Of a stretch of DNA of 64,000 nt, positions 38,248 to 50,364 are shown in pieces (position 1 is the stretch's first letter; the number at the start of each line of letters is the position of its first letter). The DNA comes from the human T2T-CHM13v2.0 reference genome, Homo sapiens: assembly GCF_009914755.1 (NCBI RefSeq), contig NC_060938.1; one strand, written 5' to 3'. A model generated the notes under the pieces. It was not told where the DNA came from and did no database searches. It saw only the letters and a list, made by a program, of their open reading frames with translations. The position numbers were made by a program, and so were the translations under genes.

Positions 38248-38599
38248 ATATTTAAGTAAATATTTATGACAATATTTAAGTCATAAAAACCAAACAAATA
38301 CTAAATTTGCTAACTAAGAGACCTTCACTAAAGGAAATTCTAAGAGATGTTTTTCAGTAGAAGGGTGTTCCCCTAGATGGAAGACTTGAGTTGCAAGAAG
38401 AAATGGTGAGTACGTAAGAAGACAAACAATGTGAGTAAATATAAATGAACACTGACTATACAACATGTAGTTTCCAGTGGATTAAGAATAAGATGAGAAG
38501 CAAAACCATAAAACTTCTAAAGATAATATAGTAAAACTACCTTAATAGCCCCAGCGGGTTTTCATATAAAACCTAAACAAATTCTGTTCACCAAAAAAA

Positions 38600-39588
38600 A
38601 ACACTATCAGGATCAAAGACCCAAATATAAGGGGTAAAACTATAAAATTTGTAGAAGAAAACATAGGTATAAATCTGTGACCGTGAATTAGGCAACCGGT
38701 CTTAGATACAACACTAAATGCAAGAGTGACAAAAGGAAAAAACAAACTGGACTTTAACAAAATTCAAAACTTTTGTACTTCAGAGGATACCATCAGGAAA
38801 GTGAAAAGAACCCACAGAATGAGAGAAAATATCTATTAAGTCATACATCTGATGAGGAACTAATGTCCAGAATATATAAAGAATTCTTAGAATAACAAAA
38901 AGACAACCCAATTAAATGAGCAAACAATCTAAACGAACATTTCTCTAAAAAGATAAACAAATGGCCAATCAGCACATGAAAAGATGCTCAACATCATTAG
39001 TCATTAAGGATATGCAAATGAAAACTAGATACCACTTCACATCTACAAGGATGGCTATATTTTTTTTAAAAAGGAAAATAAGAGATGTTGGCAAGGAGGT
39101 AGGAAAAAACGGAACCTCCATACACTGCTGGTAATAATATAAAATGGTACAGAGACTTTGGAAAACAGTTTTGAAGTTTTTCAAAAATTTAAACATAGAT
39201 TTACCATATGCCCACTACCAGATATATAAAGAAAATTGTAAAAATACGTCCACACAAAAACGAGTACATGAATCTCATCACAGTACATTATTAATCATAG
39301 TCAAAAAATGAACACGACTCAAATATCCATCAACTAATGAATGGATAAACAAAACATAGTATACTCACGCAATGGGATTCAGGCATATAAAGCAATGAAG
39401 TGCTGACACAAGATACGACATGGATGAATCAGGACAACATGCTAAATAAATGAAGCCAAACACCAAAGGTCACATATGATTCTGTTCTTTTTTGATATTT
39501 GGCATATGCTAGTCCATAGAGACAGAGAATAGACTAGTGGTTGCCAGGGGCTGGGAAAAGGGGGAAATGGGGAGTAACTGCTAGTGAT
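38600..39588 (+). mobile_element. L1MB/MC 3' region truncated at a duplication junction
   Basis: Motifs gcacatgaaaagatgctcaacatcattagtcatt, tgaatggataaacaaaa and gttgccaggggctggg. It stops abruptly at 39588. Confidence 0.8.
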
Positions 39589-39820
39589 ATATTAAAATAT
39601 TAAATCTAACAAATATCTAGGTAGACTGATGGAGAAAAATACAGAAAATACACAAAAAAACAATTATCTGGAATGCGAAGGTTAGAAAACGTCAGCAGTT
39701 ATAGATTTTAAATTAGCAATGACTTTGAGTTCAACCATGATGGGGTATATTGAAAAGAATCAGAGAAAAAGAAAAAGAAAACTTATAAAGCTATGTACAA
39801 AACGTTAAGCACTATTAAAG
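39589..39820 (+). repeat. copy 1 of a segmental direct repeat (copy 2 at 63765-64000)
   Basis: atattaaaatattaaatcta, tatctaggtagactgatggagaaaaatacagaaaat, gttcaaccatgatggggtatattgaaaagaatc and ttataaagctatgtacaaaa all recur at an offset of about +24,176. Confidence 0.95.
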
Positions 39821-40107
39821 TCTTCCAATTCTACCAGTTATGGAGTTATTGGTCTTGGACTAACTCTCCTGAAAAGAAAAAAACAAAATGAAACACAACA
39901 AAACCCAAAAACCTGGATAAAATGGACTACCGTGGGCACTGGCCATGCAACCAAGCAGGTAGGACATGGGTGCTACATTCTCTTTGTCAGAACACAAAGC
40001 ATTCATACACTCCCGAGCTGGGAGAGCTGGACCCGGAGGGCCCCTCGGCGCTGCCCTTGCCAGGACGCCAGTGGAGCTGGCAGCCCAGTCTGCCATTCCC
40101 GCCCTCA

Positions 40108-42108
40108 GAGCCGCGGCGGCGGGGGTAAAAATCCTCGGCGGCGGGGATAAAAAGCGGCGGCGGCAAAAAGCGGGGGCGGTGGGGTAAAAAGGCGCGGAAG
40201 CGCGGGCAAAAAGCCGCGGGAGCAGGGTCAAAAAACCACAAAAAGCCGCAGCGGCGGGGGGAAAAAGCCACTGCGGCAAAAAGCCTCGGCGTCGGGAGCA
40301 AAAAGCCGTGGCATCGGGGGTAAAAGCCACGGCGGCGGGGTCAAAAAGTCGCGGCGCCGGGGGCGAAAAGCCGCAAAAAGCCGCGGCGGCAAAAAGCCTC
40401 AGCGGCGGCAAAAAGCCTCAGGGGCGGGGGCAGAAAACCGCGGCGGCGGGGCAAAAAGCCGCGGCGGCGAGGACAAAAAGGGGCGGCGGCGGGAAGCAGA
40501 AAGCCGCGGCGGCGGGCGCGAAAAGCCGCAAAAAGCAGTGGCGGCGGGAGCAAAAAGCCGCGGCGGCGCGGGGCAAAAAGCAGCGGGAGCGGGGGCAAAA
40601 AACCACAGAAAGCAGCGGCGGCGGGGGCCAAAAGCCGCGGCATCGGGGGAAAAAGCCAAGGCGGCGGGGGCAGAAAACCGCGGCGGCAGGGAGCAAAAAG
40701 CCGCGGCGGTGGGCGCAAAAAGCTATGGCGGCGGGGGCAAAAAGGGGCGGCGGCGGGAAGCAAAAAGGCGCGGCGCTGGGGGCAAAAAGCCGCGTTGGCA
40801 AAACCCGCGGCGGCGGGCGCAAAAAGCACCGGCGGCCGAAACACGCGGCAGGGGGAGCAAAAAGTCGCGGCGGTGGGGGCAAAAAGCCGCAAAAAGTAGC
40901 GGCGGCGGGGAAAAAAACCCGCGACGGGGGGAAAAGTCGCGGCGGCATGGGCAAAAAGCCACCTCGGCAAAAGCCGCGGCGGCGGGGACAAAAAGCCGCG
41001 GCGGTGGGCGCAAAAAGCCCTGGCGGTGGGGGTCAAAAGCCGCGGCGGCAAAACCCATGGCGGCGGGGGCAAAAAGCTGCAAAAAGCAGCGGCGGTGGGG
41101 GCAAAAACCCGCGGCGGCAAAAGGTCGCGGCGGGGGGCCAAAAAGCCGCGGCGGCCAAAACCCGCGGGAGGGGGAGGCGGGCAAAAAGACGCGGCGGCCA
41201 AAATCTGCGGCTGGAGGAGCAAAAAGCCGCGGCGGCGGGGGAAACAAGCCCCGGCGGCAGGAGCGAAAAGCGCAAAAAGCAGCGGCGGCGGGGGCAGAAA
41301 ACCGCGACGGCGGGGGCAGAAATCCACGGCGATGGGGAGCAAAAAGCCGCGGCGGCGGGCGCAAAAAACCGCGGCGGCAGGGACAAAAAGGGGCGGCGGG
41401 CAGCAAAAACCGCGGCGGCGGGGGCGAAAAGCCGCAAAAAGCAGCGGCGGCGGGGGCAAAAACCGCGGCGGCAAAAAGCCGCGGCGGCGGGGACAAAAAG
41501 GGGCGGTGGCGGGAAGCAAAAAGCCGCGTTGGCAAAACCTGTGGCAGCGGGCGCAAAAAGCACCGGCGGCCAAAACCCGCAGCGGTCAGAGCAAAAAGCC
41601 GCCGCGAGGTGGGGAACAAAAGCCCTGGCGGTGGGGGTCAAAAGCCGCATCGGCAAAACCCATGGTGGCGGGGACAAAAAGCTGCAAAAAGCCGCGGCGG
41701 CGGGGGAAAAAACGGCGGCAAAAGTTCGCGGCGGCGGGGGGCCAAAAAGCCGCGGCGGTGGGGGCAAAAAGCCATGGCGGCCAAAACCTAAGGCGGCAGG
41801 AGCAAAAAGCCGCGGCGACGGGGGCAAAAAACTGCAGCGGTGGGGGCAAATAGCCTCGGCGGCCGGGGCGAAAAGCCGCAAAAAGCAGCGCCGGCGGGGG
41901 GAAAAAGCCTTGGCGGCAGGAGCAGAAAGCCGCGACGGCGGGGAGCAAAAAGCCGCGGCGGCGGGGACAAAAAGCCGCGGCGGCGCGGGAGAAAGCCGGA
42001 GCGATGGGGGCAACAAGCCGCGGAGGCAAAAACCTGCGGCGGGGGTGACAAAAAGCCGCGGCGGCGGGAGCAAAGAGCCACAAAAACCCGCTGCGGCTGG
42101 GACAAAAT
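40108..42108. repeat. GC-rich pericentromeric tandem array, GCAAAAAGCCGCGGCGGCGGG(G) (CAAAAAG-type), ~2 kb
   Basis: Degenerate ~14-22-bp units seen directly. CpG-dense, and the plus strand is almost T-free. Confidence 0.93.
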
Positions 42109-42249
42109 AGTGGAAATGGGGTAGAAGGCCAGCACAGCTTGGCATTCCTGGAGTGTGATGTGGAAGAAAAAGTGCAGCGGAAGACAAAGGTGTAAGTAGG
42201 CTTGACTCAGTGCAGCTAAGAACCCAGATGTTATCTTGATGTTAGTCTA

Positions 42250-42376
42250 TCAGCTAATTTTTTGTATTTTAGTAGAGAAGGGGTTTTACCACGTTGGCCA
42301 GGATAGTCTCGATCTCCTGACCTCATGATCCAAGCACCTCCGCCTCCAAAAGTGATGGGATTAGAGGCATGAGGCA
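42250..42376 (-). mobile_element. Alu left-monomer fragment
   Basis: agctaattttttgtattttagtagag, ctcgatctcctgacctcatgatcc and gggattagaggcatgag. Confidence 0.85.
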
Positions 42377-43407
42377 CAAAGTGCTCAAAAAATCTATTAA
42401 TTAAAAAATGTGTATGTAGCCGTTTTTAATCTACCATGTCCATTAGCAGATAAATACTATAAGCAAAATAACAACAATGAAAGAAACATAGACTTAGAGT
42501 AGATACAGTGATTTATTTAATAAAAATTTGAAAATAGACCAAATTACTCTATGATAAAAAAAAATCTGTTACTATTGAGGATGAGGGTTAGTGTTTGGAA
42601 AGGGGCAGGAGAAGTCTCACTATATTTAGTAATGTTCTATTTTCATACATGGTTATGAGCAAATACATGTGTTTCATTAATCAAGCTATCCATATTTAAT
42701 CATTGTACTTTTCTGCATGTATGATATATGTCAAAATAAATTATTGCAATAAAATAAAGCAAAAATAGACAAAACCACAAGACATACACAAATGTTAAAC
42801 CTAGAGAGAAATTTGAATATGAGTAAGTCTCTGAGTGACTGGTAGAAGAAACCGAAAAATAATCAGGATGGAGAGGTTTGGAACAGCATGATTAGCAAAA
42901 TTGACATATCTGTCTTTTAATATAGGCAGAAACATAGATAAAAAAAGGACTTGTCTCAGAGTATGATTTCTGAAAATAGTGGAATCAAGTTTGAATCTAG
43001 CAAGTACATAATAAATGTCTTAAAACTCCTCTTATGTTAGCTAATTAAATATTGTAATAGATATTAGAAAATATTTTAATAAGTTGAGTGGATTTCACAC
43101 GCTAAGGAAATGATCTTACTTGCATTTGATAGTTCAATTACATACATATATACCTATAGGCAGTTTAAAATACTTCTAATAACCTTATATACTTTTAAAA
43201 AGCATTGATATCTGTTTGCACTATCTGGTCTATAGAGTACACACACGAAACATGATTATAGCTCTTCTGCTATAAACTTCAAATGTCTAATTAATACAAA
43301 AATCTAGAATGAGAGGAGTTCTTTGCAATTTTTTTTTTACCAAATAGAATATAGGAAAGATAGCTGCAAATATACCTGACACACTTATCTGTGAGTATGG
43401 TGGTAGC

Positions 43408-43709
43408 CTTTTTATTTTATTTCGTTTTATTTGAGAGAGAGTCTCACCTTGTCACCCAAGATGCAGTGCAGTCATGTGATCAGAGCTCACTGAAGCCTTC
43501 ACATACTGTGCTCAAGCGATTCTCCCACCTCAGCCTCCTGAGTAACAGGGACTGCAGGTGCATGACACCATACTAGCTAATTTTTGTAAAGATGGGGTTT
43601 CACTATGTTGCCCTGGCTGATCTCCAACTCCTGGACTAAAGAGATCTGGCCACCTTAGCCTCCCAAAGTGCTGGGATTATAGTTTTGAGGCACCGCGATC
43701 AGCCCAGCC
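43408..43709 (-). mobile_element. AluJ
   Basis: Diverged antisense dimer with AluJ-type ctcaagcgattctcccacctcagcc. Confidence 0.85.
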
Positions 43710-46700
43710 TTAAAAAAGGCTGACTAGAGATCTTTATCTATGTATATCTATATCTATTTATAAAATAAACTTGTTTATTATATAAAAATTTATTAATATA
43801 TAAAATTTTTTTTCAAGGTAGAAATATATAAAGAGGGTACATGTAGAGCCTCGGTCATTGTGTAGTAAAGCTCAAGGCCTTTGAAGAAATGCCCCTTGCC
43901 TCTTTTGTCTGTGCTAGAATCCGAGAAGGGAAAGCAGCAGATGCACTGGTTCCCAGGTTCTTGGCATCCTACAGAGAGAAACATGTTTGAGCTAGAGTAG
44001 CGTTAAACACCCTTGTTCTTACTCTCCTGTTTTATGTAGTGAGCAGAGACTAGCTTCATGAGAACAGACTGTGATAGTCAAGGCTGTCTGTTATTTTGTG
44101 CAGCATTAATTGAGAAATTCTAGCACCTGAAGACCTCTGGGCCATTTGAGGGTAGGTGCTGGGGAGTAAAGGGAAGTTTGCATCCCTCCTGCTGTGGAGA
44201 GAACCCGTGGGAAGCACAGACCTTGTCCTAACTGAAGGCAGACCCCTTGCTAACCAGCTTCTCATCAGCCAACCCTGGATGAGTTTCCATGTCTATTTAC
44301 TAAATAATCCTTATTGCTTTTCTTCATATGGGCAAAGTATGGTTTACAGGGACTATTGTTCCTTTGAACACCCATCGTGCAAACCCCTTCCTGTTGTGGG
44401 AAAACAGGCTTCCATATGTGTCTTATTGGGAAACACATATGCAATTTCTATGTTTTTACTGCATCTATTTCATGGATATGGGAACTGAATAGTGCCCATC
44501 AAAGGCTCACCTCCTGTTGGAAATTGATCTGAGAGCGCGGAAGGACAGAATTATTTCTTTGTTCCTGGGCAGCTGTGGTTGAGGGATCATTTTGTGGCAG
44601 CTACAGTGGCAATGATGGAGGCAGAATGGAGGGCTCAGTACCAAGACAAGGAGAGACTTAGCCTCACAATGGCAGCATTGCAGGGGTGCGCTCTACAGAG
44701 CATTTGCTCACATGGTTTTGGGCATTGTCTCTACATTGCTTCCCCAATAGGTTGACCCATTCTAAATAACTCCTTTTCTCTTTAAAAAAGCAAACTTCAT
44801 TTGTATGACTTGCAATTGTAAATGACACCAATTGGCCAGTTATCATTCAAATTCTCTGTTACTTTATCCTGCCTTTGCCTGACATATGCAACTTTCCCCT
44901 AAAAAATTGGACACTTTGTTGCTTACTCATTGTCTTTACACATTTTAAAATGTTGCTTTATGCCCCCAATCCCTAACTACATTTTCAATGTTTTGCAAGT
45001 GGAGTCCATGTGTTCTTGATTTACATGAAGCTCAAAATAATGGTTATAGTAACTAGTACTTCATAATTAAGCAAACAGCTCTTATTGAAAAATGACAGAA
45101 CTATACATAGAGATGAAAACATGGAGAGATATTTCCTGAGATCACAAAGTTATGGTATGCCAGAACTAGAAAGTTGAGAAGAGACTCTGTGTTCCCAATC
45201 ATTATTTCTACCAGCAGCTTTCTATTTTGATGTTAATAATGTTCTTATGTGGGCAACCCTACATATTTGCCAATGTTTAGTTCATTGACAAAGAAATAGA
45301 AAGAGCTTCAAGAACACTCTAATCTTTAAAAAATAAAATATCTATAATTGGCCATACGAAAAAAAAATTGGTACTTGACATATACTGAGATCGTTTTATT
45401 TTGTGCGAGACAAATGAAGTCATAGAACAGAATGTGCTTTAAGTTTTATGAATAGTGTTTGCGTGTGTGTGTGTGTGTGTCTATAGATGCATATTAGGCC
45501 GTTGAAAAGTTTTATTATTCTTTACAGGAGAGAGACTGCCAACTTTTGAACCTAATTAGAGCAAGTAGATTGCTTCTTCATATTTTTATGAAGGCAAAGA
45601 GAGTCTAGTTAAAAATAATTCAACTTGTCGTGGAAATGCTATAAATTGCTCTGAAGTGAGTTGCTGGCTATGGCTTGTCAGAGCAAATATATTGTACAAA
45701 TCTTAGGGGAGAATTAGTGCTTATGCATTAAAATCAAATCATCTTGCAGCACACCGAGAAAAAGGTTAGATTTTTAAAATAATTTCAAAGTCATGAAAAG
45801 AGCAAATATGCTCAAGAAAGAGCCTAGCAACCCTCAATGACCAATTCCCCTTTTATATAGTTTGGTATCTGAATTAGAATGCCAGCATCTACAAATTCCT
45901 CTGGGTGTGGGTGCTGCATTTTGAGGATTTTATAACACTGCCACCACCAAGCTCTCTTTTGATATTCACTTTAAGGAGATAATTTACGGGCAACCAGGGA
46001 GCATAAACCAAAGTAGATGTCTATCTAGATATATAGATACATCTCCATATCATTGACAAGATACCTTCTGGCCTAGTGTGAGTACAACCTATGGGTGTGG
46101 TTGGAGAGAACATGTGTTCCACCTGAATGGCAGATCAAGATTATTCCTTCTCATCTGCTGCAATGGCTCAGTGTGTTAAGGAGAGGAGCGAGACAGCAAG
46201 AACTGCATTCACTCAGTCATACAGACCAAAAGGAGGAATGTCTCCCAGCCCTCTTAACTGACCCAGAACCCAGCTCATGTCTCAACTGCTACCTCTACTA
46301 TTTAGAAAGAAGTAACTCCGCCAAATCAGGGTTCTGGACAAATATATTTTTATTGATCACATACAAATAGATGAAGATGGACTTGGATGTTAAGAAAAAT
46401 CATACTATACAAAATCGAGAGTAGACAGTCACTCCTAGACTTAAATTAAGAGTGTGTACATTAGATAATTTAATCCAGTGTATCAGGTAAAAACTTGAAC
46501 AAACCTTTTGGCCTCTTCCATACAATTCAGGGAAGCATGTCCTCCACAAAACAGTATCAAAATATAAATAAAAACTGGCTTAAGATGAAAGGAAACCTTA
46601 TGAATGAAAAGAAGCCAGATGAGAGGCACTTAACTGAGAATGAAAAGAAACTGAGTGGACAAAATAATTATGAGAAGATGAACCTTCAAATCAGAAAGAG

Positions 46701-47649
46701 GGAAAAAAGCTTATTTGATACTATGGGAACTCAAAAGAGAGTGAACACAAATGTGAAAATTCCAGGAGTAAAGAAAAGTAGCATAGCTAAATTAAGAGCA
46801 TGAGAAAATGTTTTCAATTTTGAGTAATAAGAACAGAAATCAAAAGTAACTATTGTATGTTATATTTTAGTAGAGCAACACTGAAGAAGGATGAAAACAA
46901 GAAATAATATTAAATATGAACATATGGAGAACAGAATAATATTTTTAAAATTTTGAGTTTCTAAGTCTACCTGAAAATTTAATTTTGGTTTCTTATGTAA
47001 TACCAAAGTTATTAGGAAGTTATTAGCTAATAGCACTATTTTCAATGATATTTTAAGTATTTGTCCTAGAAAAATTTCTATTTTTTAAAAATGTATATTT
47101 AAAAATACATTAAATGTGTATATATATCAATCGTATGTATCGATTTCTGTTTTTTTTGAATTGCAAATGAAATCTGTATTTTTGTGTTCCTGGAAAAAAA
47201 TAAACTTGACTGGATCGTAATATATTATTCATGCTGTAATTCAATGTATTTGAATACTTTAAGAATGTTACATTTATAGTTAACAGACATTGACCTATAA
47301 ATTTTCTTTCATATAATGATGCTGTGAGACAGTCTAAGAAGAATTAAAATTTAAATTCATGTATTCCTACTTTTTCCTCTGTTCTCTAACTGTAATATAT
47401 TTTAATTACAGATGGAGGCACAGATAGATGTTAGATAAATAGGTATACAATAGATCATCCAAAATTCTTATTCTTATGGTTTTATGCAGTCAGTATTTAC
47501 CTCTATTTTTCTACATGTTTATCCTTCCAATTTAGTTCATTACTTCCTGCACCTTTGATGTCATATATATAAACAGGAAATAACACATGGTGGCCGGGAT
47601 GTAGAGAGAGCCACAAGACTTGTGAATAAAATCCACAGGCAAGCATGTG

Positions 47650-48310
47650 GCGATTCCTTTTGCAGTTTTGGAGGGAATGCCAAACCCTATGTTTGCTGTG
47701 GAAAAGAGTATGGTAGTTCCTCAAAACATCAAAATGATATTGCCATATGACTCAGCAGCGCCACATCTCAGGATAGCAAAAGAATTGAAAGCAGAGTCTT
47801 GAAAAAATATTTGCACATCCATGTTTGCAGCAGCATTATTGGCAATAGCTAAAACGTAGAAGCAAGTGAAGTGTCCAACAACAGATGAATGGATAAGCAC
47901 AATATGATATATACATACAATGGAATATTATTCAGCCTTAAACATGAGGGAAATATTCTGACATATGTTGCAACTTGGATGAAACTTGAGGATATTACAC
48001 CAAGTGAAATAAGTTAGTCAGTGAAGGAAAATTCAGTATAATTCCATTTGTATAAGGGACTTAAAGTGGACAGAATCACAGAGATAGTACAATGATGGTT
48101 GCCAGAAGCTGGGGTGAGGAAGAAATGGGTAGTATTGTTTAATGGGTATAGAGTTTCAGTTTCACAAGATGAAACGAGTTATGGAGATGGATGGTAGGGA
48201 TGGCTGCACAATGTTATGACTGTATTTAGTACCACTGAACTGTACACTTAAAATGGTTAACAGAGTACATTTTATGTTATGTGTATTTTATCACAATAAA
48301 AAAATAAAAT
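47650..48310 (+). mobile_element. L1MB 3' end
   Basis: Motifs gtgtccaacaacagatgaatggataa, ggatgaaacttgaggatatt and actgaactgtacacttaaaatggttaa, ending cacaataaaaaaat. Confidence 0.85.
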
Positions 48311-50364
48311 ACCTTAGGAACATTTTCATGAAAGAGTCCACATAAAATTCATTTTAATGCATGTGTTTATGCATAGCTTTCTATTTTTCTCTTTTCTATT
48401 TATATTCCAAATTATAATGCTAATCAAGCATAGTGGCTGTGTTTCTTGCTTCCTGTAGTCTGCAGGTAGCATACAAATGTAATAAACTACTTATTCATGT
48501 CACATCTATTTATTTTCTGCCTTATACCAAGCTTGTGGGATTCTCTTAAATACAACATTTTTATACTTACACCTAGGCAATACCCATTAGCATCGCCTTC
48601 CTAAATCAGGGGAAATTGAGCCTCTGTAAGGTGGAGTAACTTCCTAAGATACAAAACTCAGCATTAAAGTCTGTATACTTCAATATCCTGCCCCCTTCTC
48701 ATTTGTCTTTACTGCCTTTTATGTATGTGTTAGATGTTCAATAAATTCTCTTTTTTAAACTGAATTTAAGCCTTGGAGCAGTGTTTTGTTGAACAATAAA
48801 TATGATATAAGACATTCTTCCTCCCTTTCAATTATGATGCACTTCATGAAAAAGAGAAATTCTTTCATTGTACTAGAAGCTTAAAGTAATGAAAATGCCA
48901 CGTTCTACATTAAACAGAAACTGAAGGGAATCAAGGTGAATTGCATGAGACGTAGAAAACAAGTGGGAAAAAATCTAGTATAATTTGCCCTTTGTGTGCC
49001 TTTATTATTTAGCGTTTGAGTAAATGTTTCCCCCAAATATCTTCCCATCTTAATTCATGTGTATAAAGTAGACATTTATGTCTCACCTTGTCAAGAAGGG
49101 CAAACTCTAACATAAATATTTCCCAAAAAATGCTTCCTGCTAAAACGTAAGCTCAGTCTGTCTAGAAATTAAGCTCACTTCATAAAGATTAATTGGTAGC
49201 TAATCTTTGCATCCTGTTCTCTGAACTTGAGTGAAAGCTGTCCATCAGGCATACAGGGAATGATGGAAAAAGTGACAACAGAAGATGAATGCTATGTCAC
49301 TAACCTTCAAATATGACTTCCTTGTCTTTTAAATTCTTGATATCTTAAGACTTCATTAATTCATCTCTCTTTGCCCTTGGTTCAACATTGTGCTATACCA
49401 AAACTCATGTAAAACAATGATCTAAGGTAATAAAAATGGCATTTTTCTTTCATGTAGATGCAAGCTAACTGGCATTTTTACAATCAACATATTTCCTTTG
49501 TCAATTTTTGATTCTGTATTGGAAGTAATTGATAGGTATTTCTGAAGGGAAGAGGGTGTTTCTGTGTTCATTGTGATCCAAACTGTTTTTAGACCTAGTG
49601 GCGTTTGTAAAACAATTTGTGCCAGCTGACCAAGGACCACTGTGGCAGAAAGCAGCCAACTTGCATAAGATGTCACTGCCTCATAAGTTGGCTTTGAAAA
49701 CTAGGGGCTTACTCTATAGTCATATGAATCAAAGACATTGATAGATGTAGTATAAGATTACAATCATATTTTCCTTTTGACAGTCACATTATAAAGCATG
49801 ATGTATTGCAATTAATCTCAATTAGCTGATCACAATTAAAATTAACAATGTTTATTATTGCTGATAAACAATCATGACTCTCCTGTTCTCAAATGTGCAA
49901 GTAATTCTTGTAATTTTAATACAAATTTGCATATTATTACTAATTGATTTAATCTCATTGGATTTGGTTCATGGGCCCAATTTATTAAAATATTGATAAT
50001 GGGATAATGATTTGTCTCCCCATTTCATTTACACTGAAAGCCACAATTCTTACAATGGTCCGCAAGCCCATCATTATCTGCCACATGTTAACCGCCCAAA
50101 TTCTTTTATATCTTCACCCTTCATCTTACCAGTGTTCCTGGCCACCTCACTGTCCTCTAGACATGCCAACAAGCTGCTGTCTTATGACGAAGACTAGTTA
50201 ATTTCTTGGCTTGGAAAGATAGCCCTCCATATATCCATTGATCAGCTCATTCAACTTCCTCAAGTCTTTACTGAAACCTCACATTCTCAATGAGACCTAT
50301 TCAGTATTTCAAACTGCCTCCCAGTTGCAACATTCCAAAACCCATTACTCTTCTGTGTATTTTT

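Noticed and set aside
40308-42110. 600-aa K/R/G/A-rich ORF, with overlapping 275-417 aa ORFs on both strands
   Set aside because: It lies within the tandem array. The plus strand has almost no T, so stop codons rarely form. It begins at GTG and several frames are open at once. Not evidence of a histone-H1-like protein.
43840-44510. Possible LTR element
   Set aside because: Composition is suggestive, but I could not identify termini, a TSD or a family.
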